Positions 45,771 to 53,926 are shown, counted from the first letter of the stretch. The stretch is DNA of 64,000 nucleotides from Nitrosopumilaceae archaeon (GCA_042138025.1 JBHIUZ010000002.1:3195-67194); one strand, 5' to 3'. Numbers and translations: made by a program. The notes: generated by a model from the sequence alone, not told the origin.

Positions 45771-46997
45771 TTATTTATTTAGTCTTTTAATCTCTTGGGT
45801 GATCATCGGTAAGAAAGCTCCTACATCTGAAACAATTCCAATTGCTTGCCAGGTTCCTCTGTCCATTAGTTTAGTTACTGTAGGCTGATTGATATCTACT
45901 ATAATTATTTTTACATCTGCAGGCAACATATTTCCTGTGGCAATTGAATGAAGCATTGTTGATGCCATAATTACCATTTTAGCATTTTTTAAAACCTCCT
46001 TATACTTTTTTTGAGCCTCGTTAATATCGGTAATTACATCAGGAAGAGGGCCATCATCTCGAATAGATCCTGCCAATACAAAAGGAATCTTTTTTTTAAC
46101 AGATTCATACATGATGCCCTTTGTTAATTTTTTACTTCGTACCATTTTTTCGATATTGCCTGCTTTAAAAACAGAGTTTATTGTTTGCATATGATTTCTA
46201 TATCCTTTAACTGCAAGACTTCCATCATGAACATTCATTCCAAGTGAAGTTCCTAATATTGCATTTTCTATATCATGTACAGCTAAAGCATTTCCTGCTA
46301 AAATTGCATTGATGTAACCCATTTTAATTAATGTTGCAACTGAATCTGCCGCACCTGTATGAACAATTGCAGGTCCACCAACAAGAACAATTTTTCCGCC
46401 TTCTTTTCTTGTTTTATAGATATCTTCGGCAACTTTTTTTGCAATATGCTGAGTAGGTCTTTCACTTGAACTACTTCCTCCCATAAATTGAAAAACATTC
46501 ATACCTTCTCTTGGTCTTTTAGGAGGGGTTACTCGTATTCCGTTTTCGCCAACTACGATTCTATCTCCTTTTTTTACTTCACGAATTGGGATACATTTTG
46601 CTTTATTTCCTTTAACCAAAATGCATTTGTCCATCATCATATTGTCAACTTGTATCCATTTACCTTTAAGAAAAATTTGTGTATCGTTATTTGTTGTACT
46701 GTAAAAATTGTCAGGCATTACACAGTTTTTTGATGCGGGTTTTAATACGACCTCTTTTTGAATTTTAGCAGTAGCTCCCTCTCTGTAAACTAATTGTAGA
46801 ATTTCATCCAAATGTTTTTGATTTTTTCCAATTATGCGAAGTTCTGCATAACTTTCGTCTTTTTTCTTTTTACCGATCTGGATTTTTTTTACTTCAAACT
46901 CTCCATCAAGATCCATGATTCCGTCAAAAATTTTTGTTAGAATCAAAGAGTCAATTAGGTGACCGTGTACTTCTATTTCTTGAGAAAATTTACTCAT
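45771..46997 (-). CDS. LOR/SDH-like conserved archaeal protein (TIGR00300-type; possible archaeal ornithine cyclodeaminase)
   Basis: N-terminus EIEVHGHLIDSLILTKIFDGIMDLDGEF and the Rossmann-like body resemble the family. The functional assignment is tentative. Confidence 0.55.
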   Translation of the reverse strand: MSKFSQEIEVHGHLIDSLILTKIFDGIMDLDGEFEVKKIQIGKKKKDESYAELRIIGKNQKHLDEILQLVYREGATAKIQKEVVLKPASKNCVMPDNFYSTTNNDTQIFLKGKWIQVDNMMMDKCILVKGNKAKCIPIREVKKGDRIVVGENGIRVTPPKRPREGMNVFQFMGGSSSSERPTQHIAKKVAEDIYKTRKEGGKIVLVGGPAIVHTGAADSVATLIKMGYINAILAGNALAVHDIENAILGTSLGMNVHDGSLAVKGYRNHMQTINSVFKAGNIEKMVRSKKLTKGIMYESVKKKIPFVLAGSIRDDGPLPDVITDINEAQKKYKEVLKNAKMVIMASTMLHSIATGNMLPADVKIIIVDINQPTVTKLMDRGTWQAIGIVSDVGAFLPMITQEIKRLNK

Positions 46998-47004
46998 TAA
47001 TTAT

Positions 47005-47352
47005 TCACACCGGAAGGGATACTTTACCTTTGTATTCAGGAATATTGTCGTCTTTGAGTATTTTTTCTATACTTTCTTTTTGTTCCTTTGTAACTCCTTG
47101 AACTATTGCCTTTGAAATCCCATTTTTATCACAAAGAGCTAAAATGTATCCGCTAGTATCAGTTAAAACAAAACCTGCAGTTTCATCAACGAAAGCATAA
47201 AGATTTTCATCACCTACAGGTTCCCACACATTTGTTTTATTATCCATCAATGCTAATGCAGGCATTGCTTTGTTATCTGTAATTTTATTGAGGTAATCCC
47301 TTGCAGTTTGAACTCTTTTTTGACCTACTCTGAGTGCTGCAAAGTATTGCAT
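47005..47352 (-). CDS. Hypothetical protein
   Basis: 115-aa ORF 7 nt downstream of the LOR/SDH-like gene on the same strand. Confidence 0.4.
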   Translation of the reverse strand: MQYFAALRVGQKRVQTARDYLNKITDNKAMPALALMDNKTNVWEPVGDENLYAFVDETAGFVLTDTSGYILALCDKNGISKAIVQGVTKEQKESIEKILKDDNIPEYKGKVSLPV

Positions 47353-47404
47353 ATAATTAAGAATATAGTGAATAATTTAAAACCTACCTATTTGATTCAA
47401 AGTA

Positions 47405-47704
47405 ATGCCATTAACTAATAATGTCATAATAAAATTAAATGAAATTACCACGAGGGTTACGGAAAAAAATTCCTTAACCACACAAGATGAATTAATAATA
47501 AAAGAAATTTTTAATGGGCTTCTTAAAAGTGGAGAAAATTACAACGTTGATGAAATTGAATATTGGTTTAAAAATGAAGGTACTTGGAAAAATAAAAAAT
47601 CCATAATCAGAATTACAAACATGTCTCATTATATTCAAGAAAAATTTCAACAAAATAATAAATTTCAAATTCTATCAAATAATGAATCATGTGATTGTGA
47701 TTGA
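47405..47704 (+). CDS. Hypothetical protein
   Basis: 99-aa ORF with no motif recognised. Confidence 0.35.
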   Translation: MPLTNNVIIKLNEITTRVTEKNSLTTQDELIIKEIFNGLLKSGENYNVDEIEYWFKNEGTWKNKKSIIRITNMSHYIQEKFQQNNKFQILSNNESCDCD

Positions 47705-47717
47705 ATTTTAATATATT

Positions 47718-47951
47718 TTAAATTTCTAATTTTTTCAATAACCGTGTAATTATTTTTCCATTTTCTTCTCTTTTTTGTAAAATCTCTTCTAATCTTTTTT
47801 TATCTTTATTTCGTTTATTTTCATTACTAATTAAGTGAAAATATTCTTCGTCAAGTTCATTATTTGCTTGGAAACGCTTAATAATTTCAAATAAAATTCC
47901 AATTACTTCTTTTTGAGCTTCGATTAATTCGTCTTTATTTCTTTCAGACAT
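47718..47951 (-). CDS. Hypothetical coiled-coil protein
   Basis: 77 aa, charged heptad-like sequence. Confidence 0.35.
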   Translation of the reverse strand: MSERNKDELIEAQKEVIGILFEIIKRFQANNELDEEYFHLISNENKRNKDKKRLEEILQKREENGKIITRLLKKLEI

Positions 47952-47964
47952 TTTCTAATCATAA

Positions 47965-47996
47965 TTTTAATTGTTAATATTTTTAATTGTTAATAT
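47965..47996. repeat. Perfect tandem duplication of the 16-mer TTTTAATTGTTAATAT
   Basis: 47965-47980 equals 47981-47996, in the gap between the HD hydrolase stop and the start of the 77-aa gene. Confidence 0.85.
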
Positions 47997-48004
47997 TTTT
48001 GTTT

Positions 48005-48529
48005 TTAAAATAATTTAGTTACAAGTTCTTTCAATTCTTTGTTGTTAATTTCTTTATTAGCAGTATCAATAAACTGTTGGATTTTTTCTTTAGAAAACCC
48101 TTCATTCATGTAATATTTTGCTTGAAAAACCATCTCCAACTTGTCCATTTCATGAACAAAAATAGATTCATCGCTTTGAGCTAAGACAAATTCATCCCAA
48201 ACATCCCTATAATTTTTTTCTAACTCGCCAGGAAGCATCTCTAAAATATTATTCATTTCATTATTTTCGATTTTAAATTTTTTTTCCTTTGAAATTTCTC
48301 CAGGTGTTAAATCACCAATTTTTGATTCTGCCAAATCATGAAGTAATGACATTTTTACAATTTTGTATGTATCTAATCCCTGTAATTCAGAAATAATCAT
48401 CGCCATTAATGTCATAGAATAACTATGATCAGCTACGGATTCAGGATGTTTAACACCAAGCTTATCAATCCATCCTTTTCTTTGAATATTTTTTAAATTA
48501 ATTATATTATTAAATAAATCTACGAGCAA
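48005..48529 (-). CDS. HD-domain phosphohydrolase (YfbR-like 5'-nucleotidase family)
   Basis: ESVADHS...LLHDLAESKIGDLTP gives the H...HD...D metal ligands. TTG start 2 nt after the upstream small ORF. Confidence 0.85.
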   Translation of the reverse strand: MLVDLFNNIINLKNIQRKGWIDKLGVKHPESVADHSYSMTLMAMIISELQGLDTYKIVKMSLLHDLAESKIGDLTPGEISKEKKFKIENNEMNNILEMLPGELEKNYRDVWDEFVLAQSDESIFVHEMDKLEMVFQAKYYMNEGFSKEKIQQFIDTANKEINNKELKELVTKLF

Positions 48530-48531
48530 GT

Positions 48532-48654
48532 TTAGAATTTCCTGGAATCTCCTTCTAATAGACCAGAGCCATGATGAATTCTATCAATATGTTTTGAGAG
48601 TTCTTCTTTATTTTCAAAAGTCGAATCACAATATGGACAAGATGCATCGGGCAT
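48532..48654 (-). CDS. 40-aa classical C2H2 zinc-finger protein (below the ORF-track cutoff)
   Basis: Own translation: MPDASCPYCDSTFENKEELSKHIDRIHHGSGLLEGDSRKF. It fits C-x2-C-x3-F-x5-L-x2-H-x4-H exactly. Confidence 0.55.
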   Translation of the reverse strand: MPDASCPYCDSTFENKEELSKHIDRIHHGSGLLEGDSRKF

Positions 48655-48705
48655 ATTCTAAACACAAAAAACAAGGTATTAAATCTACAGATACAAAAAT
48701 AGTTT

Positions 48706-49242
48706 ATGAAAATTTATACAAAAACAGGGGATGATGGTTCCACAAGTTTACAGGGGGGAAAGCGTGTTATTAAATCAAATATTAGAATCAAAGCTTATGG
48801 CGCAGTTGATGAGATTAATGCTTCTATTGGATTGATTCTTTCAAGTAAATTTGATGATGAACTTGAAAAAATCTTGAAAAAAATTCAAAACGATCTGTTT
48901 GTAGTGGGTTCTGATTTATCAAATTCTAATTTAGTCAATAAAGAAAACCGGGTTACAGTGGAAATGGTCGAAAATATTGAAAAAAATATTGATCGGTTAG
49001 AAAAAGAACTTCCTCCAATAACTAATTTCATACTTCCAGGCGGAAATGAAGTTTCAGCTCGTATTCATTTATCCAGAGCAATAACAAGAAGAGCTGAAAC
49101 TCAAGTTATATCTTTGGACGAAAAAGAAAAGGTGAATGAAGAATGTAAAAAATACCTAAATCGACTTTCAGATTTACTTTTTGTAATGGCCCGATATGTA
49201 AATAAAAAGAATGGGCTTGAAGACATTATTTGGAAACCGTAG
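48706..49242 (+). CDS. ATP:cob(I)alamin adenosyltransferase, PduO type
   Basis: MKIYTKTGDDGSTSL...AYGAVDEINASIG N-terminal signature. Confidence 0.9.
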   Translation: MKIYTKTGDDGSTSLQGGKRVIKSNIRIKAYGAVDEINASIGLILSSKFDDELEKILKKIQNDLFVVGSDLSNSNLVNKENRVTVEMVENIEKNIDRLEKELPPITNFILPGGNEVSARIHLSRAITRRAETQVISLDEKEKVNEECKKYLNRLSDLLFVMARYVNKKNGLEDIIWKP

Positions 49243-49280
49243 ACACACTTTAATCCTCTATTTTAGAGAAATTCCAATGT

Positions 49281-49357
49281 GCCGCGGTAGCTCAGCCCGG
49301 GAGAGCACTCGGCTGAAGACCGAGCTGTCGCGCGTTCAAGTCCCGCCCGCGGCACCA
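49281..49357 (+). tRNA. tRNA-Phe (anticodon GAA), genomically encoded CCA
   Basis: Hand-folded cloverleaf: 7-bp acceptor GCCGCGG/CCGCGGC, D stem GCTC/GAGC, anticodon stem CTCGG/CCGAG with loop CTGAAGA, T loop GTTCAAGTC. There is one C:C mismatch in the T stem. No intron. Confidence 0.9.
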
Positions 49358-49472
49358 CATAATTAAAAAATATATCATAAAGACACTCAAGAAATTGAAG
49401 TCGTGATGCATTCAGTATAGCAATTCTACATAATGTTTTAATACATGAATCCGTATTTTCCATGCGGTATTT

Positions 49473-49706
49473 ATGGTTGAAAAAAAATCAAAAACATCTA
49501 AAAAAAATAAAAAAACGAGTTCAAAATCTAAACCAAAAAAAAATTCTAAAACCAAATCAAAAAAATCAAAAAATGATCAGACCGACGTAAACGATGTTGG
49601 AATTGTGGTAATAGATGAAGATATAAAAATAGATAAAAATGCAGAATTAGAAGCCAGACGAGCTTATCTTGAAGAAGCAAGATCTCAAGAAGCATCATCT
49701 GATTAA
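49473..49706 (+). CDS. Lys/Ser-rich low-complexity protein with acidic C-terminus
   Basis: 77 aa. KKSKTSKKNKKTSSKSKPKKNSKTKSKKSK followed by an acidic tail. Confidence 0.4.
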   Translation: MVEKKSKTSKKNKKTSSKSKPKKNSKTKSKKSKNDQTDVNDVGIVVIDEDIKIDKNAELEARRAYLEEARSQEASSD

Positions 49707-49755
49707 ATTTTATGCTGAAAATTGAGCAAAGTAAATAACTGATGTATCATAACAT

Positions 49756-50004
49756 ATGTTGATTATGCGTTCTCTTTGTTTAATTACAGTCAAACCAGGC
49801 ACAGTAGATAAAGTTGTTAAAATTTTAAAGAAAAAAAGAAAATTAATCAGAGAAATAATGATAGTGACTGGTAGAGCTGATATTATCACAGTATTACAAG
49901 GCTCAATTAATGAAATAAACAACATTGTCATTGATTTTAAAAAAATTAAAGAGATTGTGACTACTGAAACTTTAATCGAGGTAGAGGTGAATTTGGGATG
50001 GTAA
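49756..50004 (+). CDS. Stand-alone Lrp/AsnC-type RAM (ligand-binding) domain protein
   Basis: ~80 aa beta-alpha-beta-beta-alpha-beta pattern (ITVKPGTVDKVVKILKK...VTGRADIITVL). No HTH. Confidence 0.6.
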   Translation: MLIMRSLCLITVKPGTVDKVVKILKKKRKLIREIMIVTGRADIITVLQGSINEINNIVIDFKKIKEIVTTETLIEVEVNLGW

Positions 50005-50216
50005 AGGCAGTAGTATTAGTCAAATCTCCCAAAAAACTTATTGCAGCAAGACTACGAAAAATAAAGTCAATTTATGATTCATTTCCTGTAAGTGGACAAT
50101 TTGATGCAGTTGCCTTAATTGAAGTTGGGAAACTATCTGAAATAAAAGATATTACTAATCAAATTCAGACCATTAGTGGGGTAGAGCGAACTGAAACAAT
50201 GGTCGAAGTACAATGA
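49998..50216 (+). CDS. Stand-alone Lrp/AsnC-type RAM domain protein (second copy)
   Basis: VLVKSP...VSGQFDAVALIEV...ISGVERTETMVEV. Overlaps the previous gene by 7 nt. Confidence 0.6.
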   Translation: MVKAVVLVKSPKKLIAARLRKIKSIYDSFPVSGQFDAVALIEVGKLSEIKDITNQIQTISGVERTETMVEVQ

Positions 50217-50265
50217 AAAAGGATTTAACTTGGCGGGCTTTAATTTACAGGAGTATTAAATTACC

Positions 50266-50679
50266 ATGAATGTAAAAAGGGTTGGAAATGTCATACTTGC
50301 TGTAAAAGATATCGATAAATCCATAAAATTTTACCACGAAATAATCGGTTTACCTATTAAACAGCAAAGAAGAACTTGGGTGGATTTAGGTAGTGCAGGA
50401 GCTTTAGTTAGCCTCCATCCGGCATCGTTAACTGCACCTCACCAAGGCACTTCAGTTGAAAATGGTATTATGATAGGATTTTTGGTAGGGGATTTGAAAT
50501 CCTCAATTGAAGAATTAAAATCAAAAGGAGTAAAAATTTACAGAGAACCTATGGAAAGAGATGCGGGACTAAATGCAATTGTTTTAGATCCAGACGAGTA
50601 TATGATTTCGCTTTTTGAACCCACATTCAAAGATCGAACTCAACAAACTGCCGGATATCAAGGTTTTACTCCTGCTTAA
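50266..50679 (+). CDS. Glyoxalase/bleomycin-resistance/dioxygenase (VOC) family protein
   Basis: VGNVILAVKDIDKSIKFYHEIIGL start of a VOC module. Confidence 0.8.
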   Translation: MNVKRVGNVILAVKDIDKSIKFYHEIIGLPIKQQRRTWVDLGSAGALVSLHPASLTAPHQGTSVENGIMIGFLVGDLKSSIEELKSKGVKIYREPMERDAGLNAIVLDPDEYMISLFEPTFKDRTQQTAGYQGFTPA

Positions 50680-51062
50680 AGAATTTTTTTAATCTTAGAA
50701 ATTAATGTTTCAATATTTTTTGTTTTAACATCAATTGATATGTAATATGTAATATTTTTTCTTTGAAAAGCTAAAATGGTAACTTTGGGATGAGATAATT
50801 GCATGAAATCTAATATTCCAACCTTACTTGCATAAGATTTTCTTAATGTCATTAGAGTAGAAATTATGAAAAACTCATTTTTCACTTGTTCTGCCGACCA
50901 AAGAGGAATAGTATTCGGTCTAACCATTCCAGTTAGAGTTCTTCCATATTCATTAATAATTCCAGCATATCTGATAGATTTTGAGAGTGCTAGAATTTTT
51001 TGACATTTTTTTCTATATGCTACAACTGATTCCTTCCATTTTTGTTGAGGAGTTTTAATCAT
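50676..51062 (-). CDS. Hypothetical protein (possibly Roadblock/LC7-like fold)
   Basis: 128 aa. Alternating alpha/beta pattern and the IRYAGIINEYGRTL segment. Weak, by eye only. Confidence 0.4.
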   Translation of the reverse strand: MIKTPQQKWKESVVAYRKKCQKILALSKSIRYAGIINEYGRTLTGMVRPNTIPLWSAEQVKNEFFIISTLMTLRKSYASKVGILDFMQLSHPKVTILAFQRKNITYYISIDVKTKNIETLISKIKKIL

Positions 51063-51147
51063 AATAAAATAAGAAAATACCTATATTAAAATTAATCAAT
51101 AAAGCATTAAAGATTGAACAAAAAATTTGACAAATCCAAGAGTTATT

Positions 51148-51318
51148 ATGAAAATTCAGTTATTACAGGGATCTAAAGTAAGAAATTATTTGGAAAGTAA
51201 AGAACGTCTTTTTTTAGAGACTATATTATCAAAGATGCAAAATACTAAATCAGAGATATCAAAAGATGAAGAAAACGTATTAGAAAATATTTTTAAAAAA
51301 TACAATAAGTTTCTTTAA
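51148..51318 (+). CDS. Hypothetical small protein
   Basis: The track ORF starts at TTG 51127; the first ATG is at 51148 (MKIQLLQG...). Confidence 0.3.
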   Translation: MKIQLLQGSKVRNYLESKERLFLETILSKMQNTKSEISKDEENVLENIFKKYNKFL

Positions 51319-51322
51319 TGTA

Positions 51323-51697
51323 TTAACTAATTTTTTTATTAGTTGGTATCTGTTTTTTTAACTCCAAGTTTTCTTTTTTCAGTTTTTCATTTTCATTTTG
51401 TAGTGATATTGTTGATTCTAGCCTAGAGTATAAGGGATGGCTAGGAGGAAGTGCAGGATATGCCAACTCAAATAAACCTGAAGCAAACTTTTGATACATC
51501 TGATTAAAATCTTGTAATTTGGAATTAATGGATGCGTTGTCACTGAAAAACTTCTCCTTCAAACGTTTTTGATCAACCATCCCTAAAGATGGTGGTGAAA
51601 TGCCAGGGGGAAATCTTGGAAATATTGAAGTAGGAATTCCAAATTCGGGATGAATTCCTGAAAGTTCCATATTCATTTTGGTATAGAAATTATCCAT
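51323..51697 (-). CDS. Hypothetical protein with Pro-rich N-half and C-terminal coiled coil
   Basis: 124-aa ORF with no motif recognised. Confidence 0.4.
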   Translation of the reverse strand: MDNFYTKMNMELSGIHPEFGIPTSIFPRFPPGISPPSLGMVDQKRLKEKFFSDNASINSKLQDFNQMYQKFASGLFELAYPALPPSHPLYSRLESTISLQNENEKLKKENLELKKQIPTNKKIS

Positions 51698-51775
51698 AAT
51701 TTTCTACCCTCAAAGGGGTATTTCTGTTTATCATTTTGAGGTCAGATAGGATTTTGTTAATCAATAGTGATTTTT

Positions 51776-51826
51776 GGTCAGATCGAGCTGATCGCAGATC
51801 CTTATACAGATCCTTGATCGCATTCA
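51776..51826 (+). promoter_or_regulatory. Array of GGTCAGATC / GATCGCAGATCC / TTATACAGATCCTTGATCGC boxes
   Basis: Read directly from the sequence. Ends 5 nt before the ATG at 51831. Confidence 0.45.
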
Positions 51827-51830
51827 TCAA

Positions 51831-51980
51831 ATGAAGGAATTTAAGAAAAAAAATTGCCTAAAATGTAAAAAAAATATTCAAAACTATGAATTACATAAAA
51901 TAGTAATTTATGTTGTTGAAGATAAATTTACAGATCATCATTATGAGCATGTAGAATGTCCTGATAAATTTACAATATAA
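51831..51980 (+). CDS. Candidate 49-aa Cys/His protein (below the ORF-track cutoff)
   Basis: Own translation: MKEFKKKNCLKCKKNIQNYELHKIVIYVVEDKFTDHHYEHVECPDKFTI. Immediately preceded by the GATC-rich box array. Confidence 0.35.
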   Translation: MKEFKKKNCLKCKKNIQNYELHKIVIYVVEDKFTDHHYEHVECPDKFTI

Positions 51981-51990
51981 TTTTAAAACA

Positions 51991-52842
51991 TTATCCAACA
52001 TAAGCATATACTGGATATAATTTTCCTGTTTCTCTATCGTGATACTTCCATTTTGTTTGAGTCCAAACAACTTGGTTGAATTGTTGTTGTAAGTTTGGAT
52101 GTAATCTTTCATACACGTCTTCGCCAATTAAAATTTGATTAGGATATGCAGTATGTTGAATTTTTGATGCAATATTCATTGCGGGGCCAAGTATGTCTAC
52201 ATGAGAATTTTCTCTATCTGATCCATATCGTACTATGATGTTTTTTCCATAATCTAACCCAATTTTGATTTTTAATTCCGGATAATCATATTGGTTTAAA
52301 ATTGGGTTCATTCCTTTTTCTATTACTGTAAGCATTGATTTTGCACAATTTACTGCATTATCAACTGCCAATAATGGTAAAGCTTCTGCAACAAAATATC
52401 CTATTACTGCATCTCCTACAAATTTTAAAACATATCCATCATGCTGTCTAATCACTGTTGCCATTTCTTGGGCAAATGATCTAATTATTATGGCTACTTT
52501 TTCTTCTGGAAGCGAAAGAGTGATTTCAGTAGAATCCACCAAATCTACATAAAGTACAATCATGTCGACTCTAGATGAGACTAAATCTCGCAGAAATTTT
52601 TCAGATTCGTTAATAGTATTTTCTTCGTACTCGTAACCTTGTTTTAGTGATGCCCAAATTCGTTTTTGGGTATTTTTAACTAAAGTTTCAGTATCTACCA
52701 CCTTAGCTCCTTTTCTACTTAAAACCATGTCAACATAATCCGAAGATTTGTGATTTGGATATTCTTTTAAATTAGAATTAAATTCGTTTTTGGAATTTTC
52801 ATCCACAGATATATTGTTAGAATTTTCTTGATTTTCAGTCAT
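51991..52842 (-). CDS. Minimal class III nucleotidyl (adenylyl) cyclase-domain protein (second copy)
   Basis: VLYVDLVDST, LKFVGDAVIGYF and VDILGPAMNIASKI occupy the same catalytic positions as the 12288 paralog, again with Lys at the Arg position. Confidence 0.7.
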   Translation of the reverse strand: MTENQENSNNISVDENSKNEFNSNLKEYPNHKSSDYVDMVLSRKGAKVVDTETLVKNTQKRIWASLKQGYEYEENTINESEKFLRDLVSSRVDMIVLYVDLVDSTEITLSLPEEKVAIIIRSFAQEMATVIRQHDGYVLKFVGDAVIGYFVAEALPLLAVDNAVNCAKSMLTVIEKGMNPILNQYDYPELKIKIGLDYGKNIIVRYGSDRENSHVDILGPAMNIASKIQHTAYPNQILIGEDVYERLHPNLQQQFNQVVWTQTKWKYHDRETGKLYPVYAYVG

Positions 52843-52849
52843 GATACAT

Positions 52850-52972
52850 TCAATCTAGAGGAAAATCTACGCCACATATAGGACATCTGGCTCGTTTTCC
52901 TTTGTAGCCTTCATCATAATATTGAACAATTTCAGCAGTACAATTCCAGCAAATAATTTTTTCTGCCTCCAC
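52850..52972 (-). CDS. Candidate 40-aa zinc-ribbon protein upstream of the cyclase gene (GTG start; below the track cutoff)
   Basis: Own translation: VEAEKIICWNCTAEIVQYYDEGYKGKRARCPICGVDFPLD (CxxC-x18-CxxC). The stop lies 7 nt before the cyclase ATG. An in-frame TAA sits 3 codons upstream of the GTG. Confidence 0.4.
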   Translation of the reverse strand: MEAEKIICWNCTAEIVQYYDEGYKGKRARCPICGVDFPLD

Positions 52973-53086
52973 CTGAGTAGATTATACAATTTTGTATAAA
53001 AACTAGTATAATTTGAATAAATTTAACCTGATAAAATAGATTTGGAATAACTGTAAGATTTTATTTGATGATATCAAACAAGATGG

Positions 53087-53926
53087 GTGCGTCTTGGCAC
53101 TAATTCTTCAGAGGAATTTATTCAAATATTGAATAAAAAAAATGATGAGATTCAAAAATTATTTTTAAACAAAATGAAGGAATTTACAAAAACTGTTACA
53201 GTAAAAGGGATGCTAGGAGATGGCACTATTGCAGATCAAACAACATTTGACCCCATTCTTGTTCAAGATTTTTTTAAAAAAATTATTAACAATTTAGAAG
53301 GGTGGGTATCTCAAGATATTACCATAAGTAATAATGAGGATTTAAGAAGAATTTTTGTAAAATTTGAATCTAAAGAAAACAACTACATAATTTCAGGTCA
53401 TGTGTCAATTCAATTTCATGTTTTATTATACTATAAACCAGATAACAAGGTTATAGAATTCCAAAAAGAATTATCCGAAATTATTGATAAAACAAAAAAT
53501 ATTGAAACTAAACTTGCCGATGACAGTGAACAATTTATTATTGATAAACTAAGAGAGCATGGGTACACAGATCTTGAACATAAAGATTTATTCGAAGTGT
53601 TTTATGAAAATGATAAGCTTCGTGAAAAAATTTATCAGGGAATTGATGAACAATCAGAAAATGATGTACGAGAACTCTTAAAAAGAAAAAAACAACTTTT
53701 TAATGAATTAGATAATTTATTGATGGAGTGTTATCATACTAGTTCTGTTTTAATCGATGATTCAAGATTAGTTACTGGAGAAGAAGGTTTTCTTTTTAGT
53801 TTAGATTTAGAACATGTTAAAAATAATATTAAACAAGGGTTGTTTGATACTAGAAAAATTTCTGACCAAGTTAAAAATAATATTTTAAATAAATTAGATG
53901 ACATCATAACAGTTCTAAATAAATAG
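53087..53926 (+). CDS. Hypothetical protein (mixed beta / coiled-coil), divergent from the cyclase operon
   Basis: 279-aa ORF with a GTG start as tracked. No motif recognised. Confidence 0.5.
   Translation: MRLGTNSSEEFIQILNKKNDEIQKLFLNKMKEFTKTVTVKGMLGDGTIADQTTFDPILVQDFFKKIINNLEGWVSQDITISNNEDLRRIFVKFESKENNYIISGHVSIQFHVLLYYKPDNKVIEFQKELSEIIDKTKNIETKLADDSEQFIIDKLREHGYTDLEHKDLFEVFYENDKLREKIYQGIDEQSENDVRELLKRKKQLFNELDNLLMECYHTSSVLIDDSRLVTGEEGFLFSLDLEHVKNNIKQGLFDTRKISDQVKNNILNKLDDIITVLNK

Noticed and set aside
49263-49463. 66-aa minus-strand ORF from the track.
   Set aside because: It is antisense to tRNA-Phe (49281-49357). The tRNA explains the GC-rich stretch that keeps this frame open.
51891-52127. 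78-aa minus-strand ORF overlapping the cyclase 3' end. Likewise 5381-5602, 5841-6071, 26686-26922, 31556-31762, 31841-32032, 39249-39536, 39710-39946, 40500-40700, 49710-49931 and 58947-59165.
   Set aside because: These are alternate-frame or antisense overlaps with better-supported genes or with promoter regions. Their sequences are low-complexity and Ile/Phe/Leu/Asn-rich, typical of random AT-rich frames.
49281-53926. Possible integrated element or island downstream of tRNA-Phe, since tRNA genes are common integration sites and many hypothetical genes follow.
   Set aside because: I found no integrase or recombinase, no repeat of the tRNA 3' end downstream, and no obvious compositional shift. 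The hypothetical genes look like ordinary lineage-specific genes.
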